Positions 1 through 9,267 of a stretch of 64,000 nucleotides of DNA are shown piece after piece. The notes under the pieces were generated by a model, which did no database searches, was not told the DNA's origin, and worked only from the letters and a program-made list of their open reading frames with translations. Position 1 is the stretch's first letter. Each line of letters begins with the position of its first letter. The translations under genes were made by a program, and so were the position numbers. Source of the DNA: an uncultured virus (IMG/VR IMGVR_UViG_3300011361_000001) (taxonomy: Duplodnaviria; Heunggongvirae; Uroviricota; Caudoviricetes); the IMG/VR virus record IMGVR_UViG_3300011361_000001, positions 124,001 through 188,000 of that record. One strand, given 5' to 3'.

Positions 1-2394
1 CCCACTGATGTCTACCAGATTATCCTGGGAACCAATGGGAGTGGTAAGAGTTCTGTGGTCTTTGAAGCCTCCCCGTTGCCAGCGAATCCTGCCGATTTCG
101 TTAAGGGGGGTCGCAAGTACAGCAAGTGGCTCCATAACGGTCGGATTTACGAACTGTCCTCAAGTTTTGTAAGTGGGAGTGCCAGACACTCTTTCTTAAT
201 AGACGGTGAGGAAGAACTCAATCGAGGCGGGACGATCACCATTCAAAAAGAGTTGGTGGAGTCTCACTTTAATTACACCCCAGAGATTCACGAGTTGTTG
301 GTTGGGGTGGATAAGTTCACCAGCATGAGTTTCACCAAACGTCGGGATTGGTTGACCAAGTTGTGTGACACCGACTTCAGTTACGCTTTGGCCATGCACA
401 AGAAACTCGCCAGTGCAGCCCGTGACCACCAAGGTGCGGTTAAGCACGTCGCTAACCGGTTGACTGATGAAACCCTAAAGCTCAAAAGTCTTGGGGTCTC
501 TGAGGATGACGAGGACGAGCTTAAGCTTTTGAACGAGGAGTTGAACCTTCTGTATATGGCGCGTGATGCCAGACCCCCGTCAGGCTCTCACCAGCGTCTT
601 AAGCAGTTGGAACAAGAGGAAGAACAACTCGCTCAACGGGTCCTAGCCTTGCGTCAAAGCGACAGCGTGATCAAACGCTTTGACTCACTCGAGTCCTTAG
701 GGGAAGCGGCTGAAACGGCGCGGTATAAAGTCGAAGCTTTGCAACTCTCGATTAACCACACCAGTAACTCCTTGGACGACTTGCTTAAACTCCAGTACAC
801 GGTGCAGCAGTCTGGGGTCAGTGACGTTGATGCCGCTCGTCAAGAGATTCACCAGCTCCAAGATCGAAGCTTAGGGTTGCGTCAACAGATCCGCCAGTAT
901 CAGTGGGACGGACAGACCGATGCCTTTGGTACTTTACAAGCATTGGATAACGCACGTGAAGAGTTCATGGCGATCGTTCAAGAGATCCCTGACAATGTGG
1001 GCATGCGCTTTAACCGTGAGTCGGTCACCCAAGTACGAGAAGCCACGCGTGAGCTTCGGGAGAACATTGCAAACCTTAACAACCGGATCAGTCGGGAAGA
1101 GATCAAGCTTGAGCACTTAAATGGGGTGTGTCAACAAGAGTGCCCCAGTTGTAAGCACCGGTGGTATCCGGACAATGCGGATGACCGTAAGGGCATGATC
1201 GAAGACTTCGTGGCCAAAGCACGGATCAAGGTGACGGACTTTCAGAAAGAGTTGGAAGTCAATGAGACCTACCTGACTGAGGCTGAAACCTTCAGTGGTT
1301 ACCTCACACGGTTCAAAGGTTTGGTCAATAGCTACCGGAGCCTGAAGCCGTTGTGGGATCGGATGGTTGAAGCCAATGCGATTCACGACAACCCCAAGCG
1401 TTGGATCAGAGACTACGGCCTCTTTGCTGAAGATGTGAAAGTCTGGGTCGAGCTTGAAGACGTCGACAAGCGTTTGCAAAAGCTTGAGATGGCGCTTAAG
1501 GCCATGGAATCGGCGACAGGCTTTGAAAGTCTCTCCACCCACATTCTGGAAACCGAAGGCAAGATCGAAACCCTGACCACCGAGTTGGTAGAGGCTAAGG
1601 AACATTACCAGAAGCTCGCTAAAGCGATGCGTGATGCTCAGGCTATCACTGAGGCAGGGGAACGCTTTAAAGCGTTACACGAACAAAAGCTGGGCGCGTA
1701 TGAGCAGCTGGTTGTGGAGTACCGCAACCGGGGTATTGACAACGTCATCAGTTCACACCAAGCCCGTTTAGGTACGCTCAAGTCTAAGATTACCGAGAAG
1801 CATGCGGTGGAAGGGTTGATCAACGACCTGATGCTCGACCACGAGCTGACCTGCAAGAAATGGGAAACCTACAAGATGCTGGCTAAGATCTTGTCCCCGG
1901 TGGATGGATTGATTGCCGAACAACTGATTGGCTTTATCAAAGCGTTCACAGACCACATGAACACACTGATTGGGAACGTATGGGAATACGACTTGAGCAT
2001 TGTGCCGTGTGGGTTGGAATCTGGAGAGTTGGATTACAAGTTTCCGATTCAAGTTAAATCCGAAAGCAATCGGGTACCTGATGTGGCCAAGGGGTCTACA
2101 GGACAGTGCGAGATCATCGACTTTGCGTTTAAGCTGATCGTGATGCTCTACCTCAGACTGACAGACTACCCTTTGTACTTGGACGAACTCGGACACTCTT
2201 TCGATGAACAACATCGGATCAATGTCATGAACTTCGTTAAAGACCTTGTTGAAACAAAAGGTTTTAGCCAAGTATTTATGATTAGTCACTATGCCTCATC
2301 ACACGGTTCGTTTACGAACGCGGAGGTGTTGGTTATGGATGCTGCCAATATCACCGTACCCATGAGACATAATCAACACGTGACCATGGCCTGA
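1..2394 (+). CDS. sbcC: SbcC/Rad50/SMC-like ATPase (phiKZ gp165-like), 5' end lies outside the window
   Basis: Frame 1 is open from base 1 and reads PTDVYQIILGTNGSGKSS (Walker A). It continues into a long coiled coil, a central CPSC zinc-hook motif, a signature-like KGSTGQ, Walker B/D-loop LYLDELGHSFD and a His-switch MISH. Confidence 0.9.
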   Translation, partial: PTDVYQIILGTNGSGKSSVVFEASPLPANPADFVKGGRKYSKWLHNGRIYELSSSFVSGSARHSFLIDGEEELNRGGTITIQKELVESHFNYTPEIHELLVGVDKFTSMSFTKRRDWLTKLCDTDFSYALAMHKKLASAARDHQGAVKHVANRLTDETLKLKSLGVSEDDEDELKLLNEELNLLYMARDARPPSGSHQRLKQLEQEEEQLAQRVLALRQSDSVIKRFDSLESLGEAAETARYKVEALQLSINHTSNSLDDLLKLQYTVQQSGVSDVDAARQEIHQLQDRSLGLRQQIRQYQWDGQTDAFGTLQALDNAREEFMAIVQEIPDNVGMRFNRESVTQVREATRELRENIANLNNRISREEIKLEHLNGVCQQECPSCKHRWYPDNADDRKGMIEDFVAKARIKVTDFQKELEVNETYLTEAETFSGYLTRFKGLVNSYRSLKPLWDRMVEANAIHDNPKRWIRDYGLFAEDVKVWVELEDVDKRLQKLEMALKAMESATGFESLSTHILETEGKIETLTTELVEAKEHYQKLAKAMRDAQAITEAGERFKALHEQKLGAYEQLVVEYRNRGIDNVISSHQARLGTLKSKITEKHAVEGLINDLMLDHELTCKKWETYKMLAKILSPVDGLIAEQLIGFIKAFTDHMNTLIGNVWEYDLSIVPCGLESGELDYKFPIQVKSESNRVPDVAKGSTGQCEIIDFAFKLIVMLYLRLTDYPLYLDELGHSFDEQHRINVMNFVKDLVETKGFSQVFMISHYASSHGSFTNAEVLVMDAANITVPMRHNQHVTMA

Positions 2395-2444
2395 TGTTAT
2401 GACATGGTCTTGTGTCCCTTTTCCGTTAATCAAAGGTGTAACTC

Positions 2445-3020
2445 ATGAACCTCATTGAGAACTTGGTGCAAACCGCTGCTGAAGAAGCTGCTGAGCTGGC
2501 TGTGGCCTTTTCCAAGGGTAACCGTTTCAGCCTGCAATCCATCGACCCGAAGACCGAGAAGCCTTCGCATCAAACCATCGTAGCTAAGATGAACGACCTG
2601 TTGGCCGTGATCGAACTGCTGCGTGACCGTGGTGTGGTGCTGACCGGTATCGGCGATCCTGCTGCGGTGGGCGAGTCGAAGAAGAAGTTCGTTGAACATC
2701 TCGAGATCTCCCAGAAGGCCGGTGCGCTGGTCCTGTCTGAAGACGACAACAACCCCAAGCCCGGCGTGGTAATTGGCGGTGCTAACGAAGCCGATGCTGG
2801 CCTGCCTAACGAAGGCGGCGAGAACGACGAAGGCACCGATCCTGCTGACCTGACCAACACTGATACCACTGACGACGCAGAGCCTACTGGCGGCGCGGAC
2901 GGCGGCGAGTTGGAAGAGGAAGAGCAAGAAGAAGTCGAAGAGGAAGAAGAACAGCAGGAAGAGGAACAGGAAGAAACCACGCCTGAGTCCGATCCTGAGG
3001 AAGAAGAAGACGACCAGTAA
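2445..3020 (+). CDS. MazG-like helical domain fused to a long acidic low-complexity tail
   Basis: N-terminus AAEEAAELAVAFSKGNRF...MNDLLAVIELL resembles phage MazG-like EExxE...ExxD proteins. The last ~90 aa are D/E/G-rich. AAGG precedes the ATG. Confidence 0.5.
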   Translation: MNLIENLVQTAAEEAAELAVAFSKGNRFSLQSIDPKTEKPSHQTIVAKMNDLLAVIELLRDRGVVLTGIGDPAAVGESKKKFVEHLEISQKAGALVLSEDDNNPKPGVVIGGANEADAGLPNEGGENDEGTDPADLTNTDTTDDAEPTGGADGGELEEEEQEEVEEEEEQQEEEQEETTPESDPEEEEDDQ

Positions 3021-3033
3021 TCGGAGGTGGTGT

Positions 3034-3372
3034 GTGGTAGTGGTCAAGGAATTTGTTAACTTCACGTTAACGAGCCGTGAATTGCTAAGTGGTGATGTGC
3101 TGTTCTACTTGCCGATCGATGAACGCGGTCAAGTGGTTGGTGCACCACAAGCACACTTACTACATGCCTACCTGTTCAACTGGGTGAAGAATGAGAGTCT
3201 GATTCTTCCGTGTAGCTTCGATGCCTGGGACTCCTTTGCATTGTGTCTATACCAGGGACGCCTAGGGCATGCTAAAGATGCCTTAGGTCAACCTGCCTAT
3301 TTGTTTGAAGCAGGGGGTTATGGTAGTTTTCAACGTTATGAACCAGCCGACCTTAAGTGGGAGTTGTCATGA
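3034..3372 (+). CDS. hypothetical protein
   Basis: Strong GGAGG upstream of the GTG start; the stop overlaps the next start (ATGA). Confidence 0.7.
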   Translation: MVVVKEFVNFTLTSRELLSGDVLFYLPIDERGQVVGAPQAHLLHAYLFNWVKNESLILPCSFDAWDSFALCLYQGRLGHAKDALGQPAYLFEAGGYGSFQRYEPADLKWELS

Positions 3373-3851
3373 AATTTACACGGCGTATGCTTACCCAAGC
3401 CGACGCCCAATCTTCGCAAGCCAATCGAGTACTGACTCTGAACCCTACGCTTAAGGCAGCGGTGGTTGATGAGTACACCAAAGAGCGTTTGCGTTTGTTG
3501 GTCGCCGTACTCGGTGAGGACTTTGCTCTTCACACAGCAGTAGCTTGTAGCAACAAAGATCACCTGTACCAAGTCCTTGAACGCACAGGGCTTGTGGTTG
3601 AACTCTTTATGCAGGAGTTCGAAGAAGACACCACCACCGACCTTCAAGTGACGATGGCCGTTGTGGTGCTCAAATCTCTTTTCCCGTTCAATGCCAAAAA
3701 GATGCAGAGTCGGACCATTGACGTGCGTCGCTTCTTGCGTGACTTTGCAGGGTGGCCGTTGGACTTTAAACAGTACCTCGAAGAACTGTTGGTTGTCGAT
3801 CGTCACATTGACAATCGTGCGTCGATCTTCATGTTTACCTATGCAGCATAA
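3369..3851 (+). CDS. hypothetical protein
   Basis: ATG at 3369 after GGAG, coupled to the upstream stop; followed by a hairpin. Confidence 0.7.
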   Translation: MKFTRRMLTQADAQSSQANRVLTLNPTLKAAVVDEYTKERLRLLVAVLGEDFALHTAVACSNKDHLYQVLERTGLVVELFMQEFEEDTTTDLQVTMAVVVLKSLFPFNAKKMQSRTIDVRRFLRDFAGWPLDFKQYLEELLVVDRHIDNRASIFMFTYAA

Positions 3852-3853
3852 GC

Positions 3854-3882
3854 TACAGGGAGGCTCAGGCCTCCCTGTATGC
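3854..3882. terminator. hairpin between convergent genes, ending in TATGC
   Basis: TACAGGGAGGC-TCAG-GCCTCCCTGTA followed by TGCC. Confidence 0.75.
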
Positions 3883-3886
3883 CGGC

Positions 3887-4504
3887 TTATTTCGGAATGA
3901 TGTTGTGTTGTTGCAATAGCTCAACCAGAATCTTGTTCTGCTCTTCCAAGCGGGTGCACTTCTTTTGCAAGACGATTGCATTAGCCCGGTCTGTGGTACG
4001 CAGCTTAATTGCCGACTGACGACCGACTTCCATGGCTTCGTGTTGCTCAGGGGTGATGATCCCACTGCTGATCGCACGTGCAACCTGTACGGTAGGTTCC
4101 AAGCCAATCACGTCAGAGATCAACGAACGCATCTGCGCCTTTAGAAACTCTAAGTTCAGAAAGTCCGGTACCGCACCTAACGAGGCGGTCAACACGATGT
4201 GGTTGTACGTCACATCCGAAAGGTTCGGGTAGGACTCGATGTAGGTATCGGGTACAAAGATCGGTGGTTGGGTTTCTGACATCAAGGTGACGAGTAGAGC
4301 ACCCTTTGCCAAGTCACGGTTGTATTCGGTTTGGGACAGGTTGTATTTGAGGTAGACATCGGTTAGAACGTCTTCTCCTGCGACTTCACATTCAGCAAAG
4401 GTACGCAGGGCAGTACAGGTGTATAAAACAGTACCCTCAGCCACAAAGGGACTGACGAGGGTATAACGTCCTTTGGTAAGCAAAGGAGGAGTCATGCGGG
4501 CCAT
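3887..4504 (-). CDS. virion structural protein (phiKZ gp164-like)
   Basis: 205-aa ORF adjacent to the SbcC-like region as in phiKZ-like phages; family recalled, not searched. Confidence 0.6.
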   Translation of the reverse strand: MARMTPPLLTKGRYTLVSPFVAEGTVLYTCTALRTFAECEVAGEDVLTDVYLKYNLSQTEYNRDLAKGALLVTLMSETQPPIFVPDTYIESYPNLSDVTYNHIVLTASLGAVPDFLNLEFLKAQMRSLISDVIGLEPTVQVARAISSGIITPEQHEAMEVGRQSAIKLRTTDRANAIVLQKKCTRLEEQNKILVELLQQHNIIPK

Positions 4505-4550
4505 GATAGAACCTTTATAAGTAAGCGAGGGTCATTTAATAGGCGTCATA

Positions 4551-4572
4551 CAGCGAGGGTCACCCCTCGCTG
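4551..4572 (-). terminator. hairpin after the fibre gene
   Basis: CAGCGAGGG-TCAC-CCCTCGCTG; on the minus strand it is followed by TATGAC. Confidence 0.7.
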
Positions 4573-4583
4573 CAGATTGTTAC

Positions 4584-7500
4584 TTACTCAGCCGGAGCGT
4601 AGTCCGGGTTCTCGAAGAACGCTTCGTCGAGGTCACCCATCACCTGAACAGCAGTGTTGGTGTAACGTACGGCGCGAACGACTCCGTTAACCTTGGACAT
4701 CGAGTACTGTTCCATGCGCGGAACCGATACCACGTTGGTGCCACTGAAGACAACCTCAACGCCAGTCTGGTTCACGAAACGCATTTCCAGCTCGTACGGC
4801 AGGTCAACTTCCACGTTGAACGTGACAGTTACCGGACCGGTGGACTGGATACGGATTTCGCTGCGATGGAAGCGAGAGCTGTCGATTACCAGTTCAGAAC
4901 CGGTGAACACGCCAACTTCCCACTCTTTGTCAGCCAGGATGGACCAGTCGTAGTAGACGTTGTCCGACAGGGCTTCGAAGCCGTTGTAGAACAGAGTCTG
5001 ACCTGGAACGAAACGCTCCACGTTGTCACCGACGACGGTGCAATGCTTGGACAGACGCGCCAGGCAACCGAGCAGCGGGTCAGTGATGACTTCCCACTCA
5101 GTAGCGTCAACGGCTGCACGCATTACCACGTACTCAGGACCTTCCTGAGCTTCGGAGACAGCACCACGCAGGGTCATGCCTTCCTGGTTCGACAGAGCCA
5201 AGAGGTTACCTGGCAACAGACGCTTAACGCCGATTGCGTAGATGGTATCCACTTGTTCCATGACCGAGTTGGTCTTGGTCTGAGCCCACACGTCAGCCGG
5301 CGACGGCATCACGTAGTTCTCATCTTCCAGGTTACCATTGACGTGAACAACCGGGTAGAACAGACGACCAGGTTGAACAGCAGCGTCGATGACGTCCATG
5401 AGGCTCTTGCCACCGAGCTTCTCGGAGTTAACTGCAGTAGCAGTCTTGTCCAGCTTGGTGTCTTGTAGAGCCACGACTTGCGCGTACAGGCTGGCCAGTG
5501 TAGTACCGGCTTCCATGTTCTCGCCAGAGATCTGCTTGATGGCAGCCAGAACTTCTGCGTCGGTGTAATCCTTAGCCACCTTCTCCATTGCATCGAGTGC
5601 ATCAGGAGTGTTGCGCAGAGCGGCCGCGATCTCTTCGATCGTGTCCATAGTCTCAGGCGCAGCGCCAACCTTTTCAGCCCAACGGGCGTCGAAGGCAGCT
5701 TTGGCGGCAGCCGGGGTCATGTACTTGTCGTCAACGATGCCAGCAGCGGCTTCTTCAAGAGAAGCTTTTGCAGCAATGAAGGCATCAAGCTTGGCCTGAA
5801 CGGCAGCTACAGCTTCGTCGCTGTCAGTACCGGCCGATTCGATCCCAGCCTTAAGGTCGGAGATGACCTGAAGGAACGGAACTTCTTGACCGTCGATGGT
5901 GACTCGAGTTTCGTCGAGGAAACCGTCGGTGTACAGCTTCCAGGCATCCAGGTCGTTAAAGACTTGGGTGATCTGGCCGCGCAGATCCGATTCAACAGCT
6001 ACCAGCGCAGCCTGATTGGCTTTGCTTTCGATAGCGTCTTTCAGGCTGCCAGCAGGAGCAGGCTCCTGGACTTCCTGATAGAACAGGTTGCCGTCGAATA
6101 CCTGACCGCTAGGTGGAGTACCACCCCAGTAGATTTCGATGGCCTTGACGCCTTCAGAAATTTCTTCTGCAGTCAGTTGACTGGCCGGCTGAAGGCTGCT
6201 TGCAGCGCCACTGTAGACACGCTTCTGGAATACGTAGTTTTCACCATCAAAGGTGATAACGTAAGACAGTACTGGGTTGTTGTGCGTGATGGTCCAGAGC
6301 GGCTTGTTAACCGTTACTGTGCCATCGGAAGCCAACGCTACCTTGTACTGACCCAGGTCGTCTGTCTTGAAGACCAGGTTGGACATGTCCACGCCGTCTT
6401 GGGCATCGGCGATAACTTCAGCAAGCGTCTTACCTTCGAGCTTGGCAGAGTCAGCAGCCTGTGCACCTACGTCGAGCTTACCGGACAGATCCAGCGCATC
6501 CAGCGCAGCCTTAAGAGCCAGAGCTGTGATGTACTTGCTGTCGTCGGTGCCTTCGATGGCTTCTTCACCGCTGGCCTTACCAGCAACGAATGCATCGAGA
6601 GCCGCTTGAACAGCAGCGATCTTGTCATCGCTAGCCGAACCACTGGCAGCGATCTCAGCCTGAAGGTCAGATACCGCTTGAGCCAGCGCAGCGTCAGTCT
6701 CACTGTCCAGAGTGGCGATAGCGCCTTCCAGAGCAGTAACAGCGTCAGTCAGTGCTTGGCTGGTGGCTTTGGTAGCCAGGTCAGCTTCAGCAGCGTCCAG
6801 ACGGCCGTCGACAGCAGCAGCGTCAGTAGCCAGACCTTCGAAGCGTTCCTTCAGGCTTACGCCTTCTTCTTCGCCAGTCAGAGCCAGTTTGTACGCACCG
6901 AAGTCATCAGTCTTCAGTACGACGTTGGACATGTCAACGCCGTCACGAGCCAGAGCCAGGACTTCGTCCAGAGTCTTGCCAGCGAACAGGTTGGCGTTGT
7001 TGGCATTGCCTTCAACGTCGAAGAAACCGAGCACCTTAGCTTCGAAGGCAGCAACAGCACCTTCAAGCGCTTCGATCGCAGTGGCGTTGGCGCCAATGTT
7101 GGACATCAGAGTGTTGACGATGTCCGGATCGTCGTGCAGAGCTGCAGCGATTTCCTTCAGGGTGTTCAGGGTCTCAGGAGCAGCGTCGACGACGGAGTCG
7201 ATTTTGGCCTGAGCAATTTTGACAGCCAGAGCAGCAGTGACGTATTTGTCAACCGCGCCAGCCAGTGCTTCTTCATCGGTAGCAACGCCGTAGTTTTCAA
7301 CCAGGCCCAGACCAATGGATTCGGCAGTTACGCCGTCGATCGAACCTTCGAGTTCGGTACGCAGTGCATCAATGGCCGCAACCAGTTGTGCATTACGCTC
7401 GGATTCGAGAGTGGTCAGATCTTTGCCATCCAATGCCAGGGCATTATCGGCAGTGCCTGCAGTAGCAGCCTTACCGGCGAGGATCAGGCTGGTGATTTCA

Positions 7501-7628
7501 GCCAGAGACTTGCCTTCGAGCAACAGAGAATCCGGCGCAACCTTGTTGGCCAGAGCGGTAACCAGACGTTGAAGAGATGCTTTGAGAGCAACTTCAAGTT
7601 CCGCATTAGACATTGCCATGTGTGTCAT
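4584..7628 (-). CDS. repeat-built tail fibre-like protein
   Basis: APETLNTLKEIAAAL-type motifs (x2), A(D/N)SxKLxGKxL spacers, KAxxxEAxxGxDDxKY(I/M)T repeats, Ala-rich coiled coils, and a C-terminal beta domain ending VMGDL. Codon usage is strongly biased. Confidence 0.75.
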   Translation of the reverse strand: MTHMAMSNAELEVALKASLQRLVTALANKVAPDSLLLEGKSLAEITSLILAGKAATAGTADNALALDGKDLTTLESERNAQLVAAIDALRTELEGSIDGVTAESIGLGLVENYGVATDEEALAGAVDKYVTAALAVKIAQAKIDSVVDAAPETLNTLKEIAAALHDDPDIVNTLMSNIGANATAIEALEGAVAAFEAKVLGFFDVEGNANNANLFAGKTLDEVLALARDGVDMSNVVLKTDDFGAYKLALTGEEEGVSLKERFEGLATDAAAVDGRLDAAEADLATKATSQALTDAVTALEGAIATLDSETDAALAQAVSDLQAEIAASGSASDDKIAAVQAALDAFVAGKASGEEAIEGTDDSKYITALALKAALDALDLSGKLDVGAQAADSAKLEGKTLAEVIADAQDGVDMSNLVFKTDDLGQYKVALASDGTVTVNKPLWTITHNNPVLSYVITFDGENYVFQKRVYSGAASSLQPASQLTAEEISEGVKAIEIYWGGTPPSGQVFDGNLFYQEVQEPAPAGSLKDAIESKANQAALVAVESDLRGQITQVFNDLDAWKLYTDGFLDETRVTIDGQEVPFLQVISDLKAGIESAGTDSDEAVAAVQAKLDAFIAAKASLEEAAAGIVDDKYMTPAAAKAAFDARWAEKVGAAPETMDTIEEIAAALRNTPDALDAMEKVAKDYTDAEVLAAIKQISGENMEAGTTLASLYAQVVALQDTKLDKTATAVNSEKLGGKSLMDVIDAAVQPGRLFYPVVHVNGNLEDENYVMPSPADVWAQTKTNSVMEQVDTIYAIGVKRLLPGNLLALSNQEGMTLRGAVSEAQEGPEYVVMRAAVDATEWEVITDPLLGCLARLSKHCTVVGDNVERFVPGQTLFYNGFEALSDNVYYDWSILADKEWEVGVFTGSELVIDSSRFHRSEIRIQSTGPVTVTFNVEVDLPYELEMRFVNQTGVEVVFSGTNVVSVPRMEQYSMSKVNGVVRAVRYTNTAVQVMGDLDEAFFENPDYAPAE

Positions 7629-7702
7629 CCTCGTGGACAGATTAATCGAGACCGGGTAATACTCAAATCACCCAATCTACTTAAAGAGTACAACTCCAGG
7701 TA

Positions 7703-7736
7703 AGCTTCCCCCTTCATATTATTTCGAGGGGAAGCT
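7703..7736 (-). terminator. hairpin between the two fibre genes
   Basis: AGCTTCCCC...GGGGAAGCT inverted repeat; contains minus-strand TATGA at 7714-7718. Confidence 0.5.
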
Positions 7737-7760
7737 CCCTGTTACCACCAGGTCGATACC

Positions 7761-9143
7761 TTAGACTTCAGAAGGAGTCGGGCCTTCGATTTCAGCAGCC
7801 AAACGATTGAACTCCTCGATGAGGGTTTCAAACGAGGTATCGGTGTAGGCTTCAGAAGCCGCTACCGATTCAACGATCTTGCCGTCGGTGTAGGTGTTGG
7901 CACCCGTTTCAGCGGCGTCAGCTTTAGCCTGAGCACCAGCCGGAGTTTCTTTCTCGCCAATCTGAGTGATCAGGTTGTCGATGATATCCGGATTGTTCTG
8001 GAAGGCTTGTGCCAGTTCCTGAATGGTGTTCAGGGCTTCTGGTGCAGAACCAACCAGCTCAGCTACCGCAGCGTCGATGGCTTCTTTAGCCGACAGCGAT
8101 GTGACGTACTTGGTGTCGTCAGTACCGGCGATAACATCAGCACCAGTGGCTTTGGCCAGAACGAACGCGTTGAACGCATCCTGCAGGGCTTGCAGATCAC
8201 TGGCATCGCCAGCTTCAGAAATGCCAGCTTGCAGTTGACTGATCAGAACGCTCAGTGCAACTTGGGTAGCCGACTCACCTTCACCTTGAGTAACGGTGTT
8301 GGTGTCGATGTTACCGCCTTGCTCGACCTTGGTATCTACCTGGCTTTGCAGACCTTGTACAGCAGCGTCGACTTCACCACGGACTTCAACGAACTCTGCA
8401 TCAACAGCAGTTTGATCGGCTTTGGTAGCCAGCTGCTCTTGAACAGCAACATCAGTTGCTTCCAGGCTGTCCAAACGGCCGGCTTGAGCAGCAATTTCAG
8501 TGGCGTTGGCTTCGATAGCTTGAGTGTTGGCAGCAATGGCAGCCGCGTTGTTATTGACCAGATCTTGCAGAACGGTAATAACGTCGGGGTTGTTTTGCAG
8601 CGCCTGAGCGATTTCCTGGATGGTATCCAGAGTCTCAGGAGCGGTACCGACTTTCTCAGCCCAGAAGGCCTGTAGCAGACCAGCGAGGTCGCCTTCGTTC
8701 AGCTTCTCATCCAACAGCAGTTGGGTAGCAGCAGAAGTCAGCGCACCAACTTGGTCAGCTGTAACTTCGTGCGGGTTGTCGCGACGAGCCATGAAGGCGT
8801 CGAGGACCGGCATGAACAGGGCATTGAGCAGCTGAGTGACTCGCAGAGGAGTCATGTAGCGATCGTTGACCTGACCCAGTTCGGCTTCAACCTGGCTGGC
8901 TACTGCGAAGTCTTCAACATTACCGAGACCAAAGTCTTCCTTGGTTTTCGGAAGCGCATCCAGATCGGCAGTGGTGACCAGCGGCAAGGACCAATCTGCA
9001 ACAGATTGAATGCCTACCGACTGGTATACCCGACGGGCGGCGATGTCGATGTAGTGCTGACCGATCGCAGTAGGTACAAACGCCGGAGCGCCGTTACCAA
9101 GCTGTACGTGCACCTCAGTTTGTGAATCGAGAAGGGTAGACAT
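7761..9143 (-). CDS. tail fibre-like protein, paralogue of 4584..7628
   Basis: GLGNVEDFAVAS..EAE.G..NDRYMTPLRV, RRDNPHEVTADQVG and two APE(T/A)L(D/N)TIQE(I/L)AQA.QNNPD motifs typical of phage fibre shafts. Confidence 0.75.
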   Translation of the reverse strand: MSTLLDSQTEVHVQLGNGAPAFVPTAIGQHYIDIAARRVYQSVGIQSVADWSLPLVTTADLDALPKTKEDFGLGNVEDFAVASQVEAELGQVNDRYMTPLRVTQLLNALFMPVLDAFMARRDNPHEVTADQVGALTSAATQLLLDEKLNEGDLAGLLQAFWAEKVGTAPETLDTIQEIAQALQNNPDVITVLQDLVNNNAAAIAANTQAIEANATEIAAQAGRLDSLEATDVAVQEQLATKADQTAVDAEFVEVRGEVDAAVQGLQSQVDTKVEQGGNIDTNTVTQGEGESATQVALSVLISQLQAGISEAGDASDLQALQDAFNAFVLAKATGADVIAGTDDTKYVTSLSAKEAIDAAVAELVGSAPEALNTIQELAQAFQNNPDIIDNLITQIGEKETPAGAQAKADAAETGANTYTDGKIVESVAASEAYTDTSFETLIEEFNRLAAEIEGPTPSEV

Positions 9144-9267
9144 TTACTATTCCTCGTGGTTGTTAAGAGTTTGGCCTCTCTCATAGAATTACTGAGGGAT
9201 ATCCCCTGAAGTGCGGGCATAAACCCACCACTAAGGCTCCGAAGAACCTTAGCAGTGAGTGAACGCT

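Noticed and set aside
2430..3065. Minus-strand ORFs with poly-Phe/Leu or poly-Ser runs
   Set aside because: Reverse-complement artefact of the GAA/GAG-rich acidic tail of 2445..3020.
5478..7703. 741-aa plus-strand ORF antisense to the fibre gene
   Set aside because: Codon-register shadow of a strongly biased gene; S/Q/V/F-rich composition with no motifs or convincing RBS.
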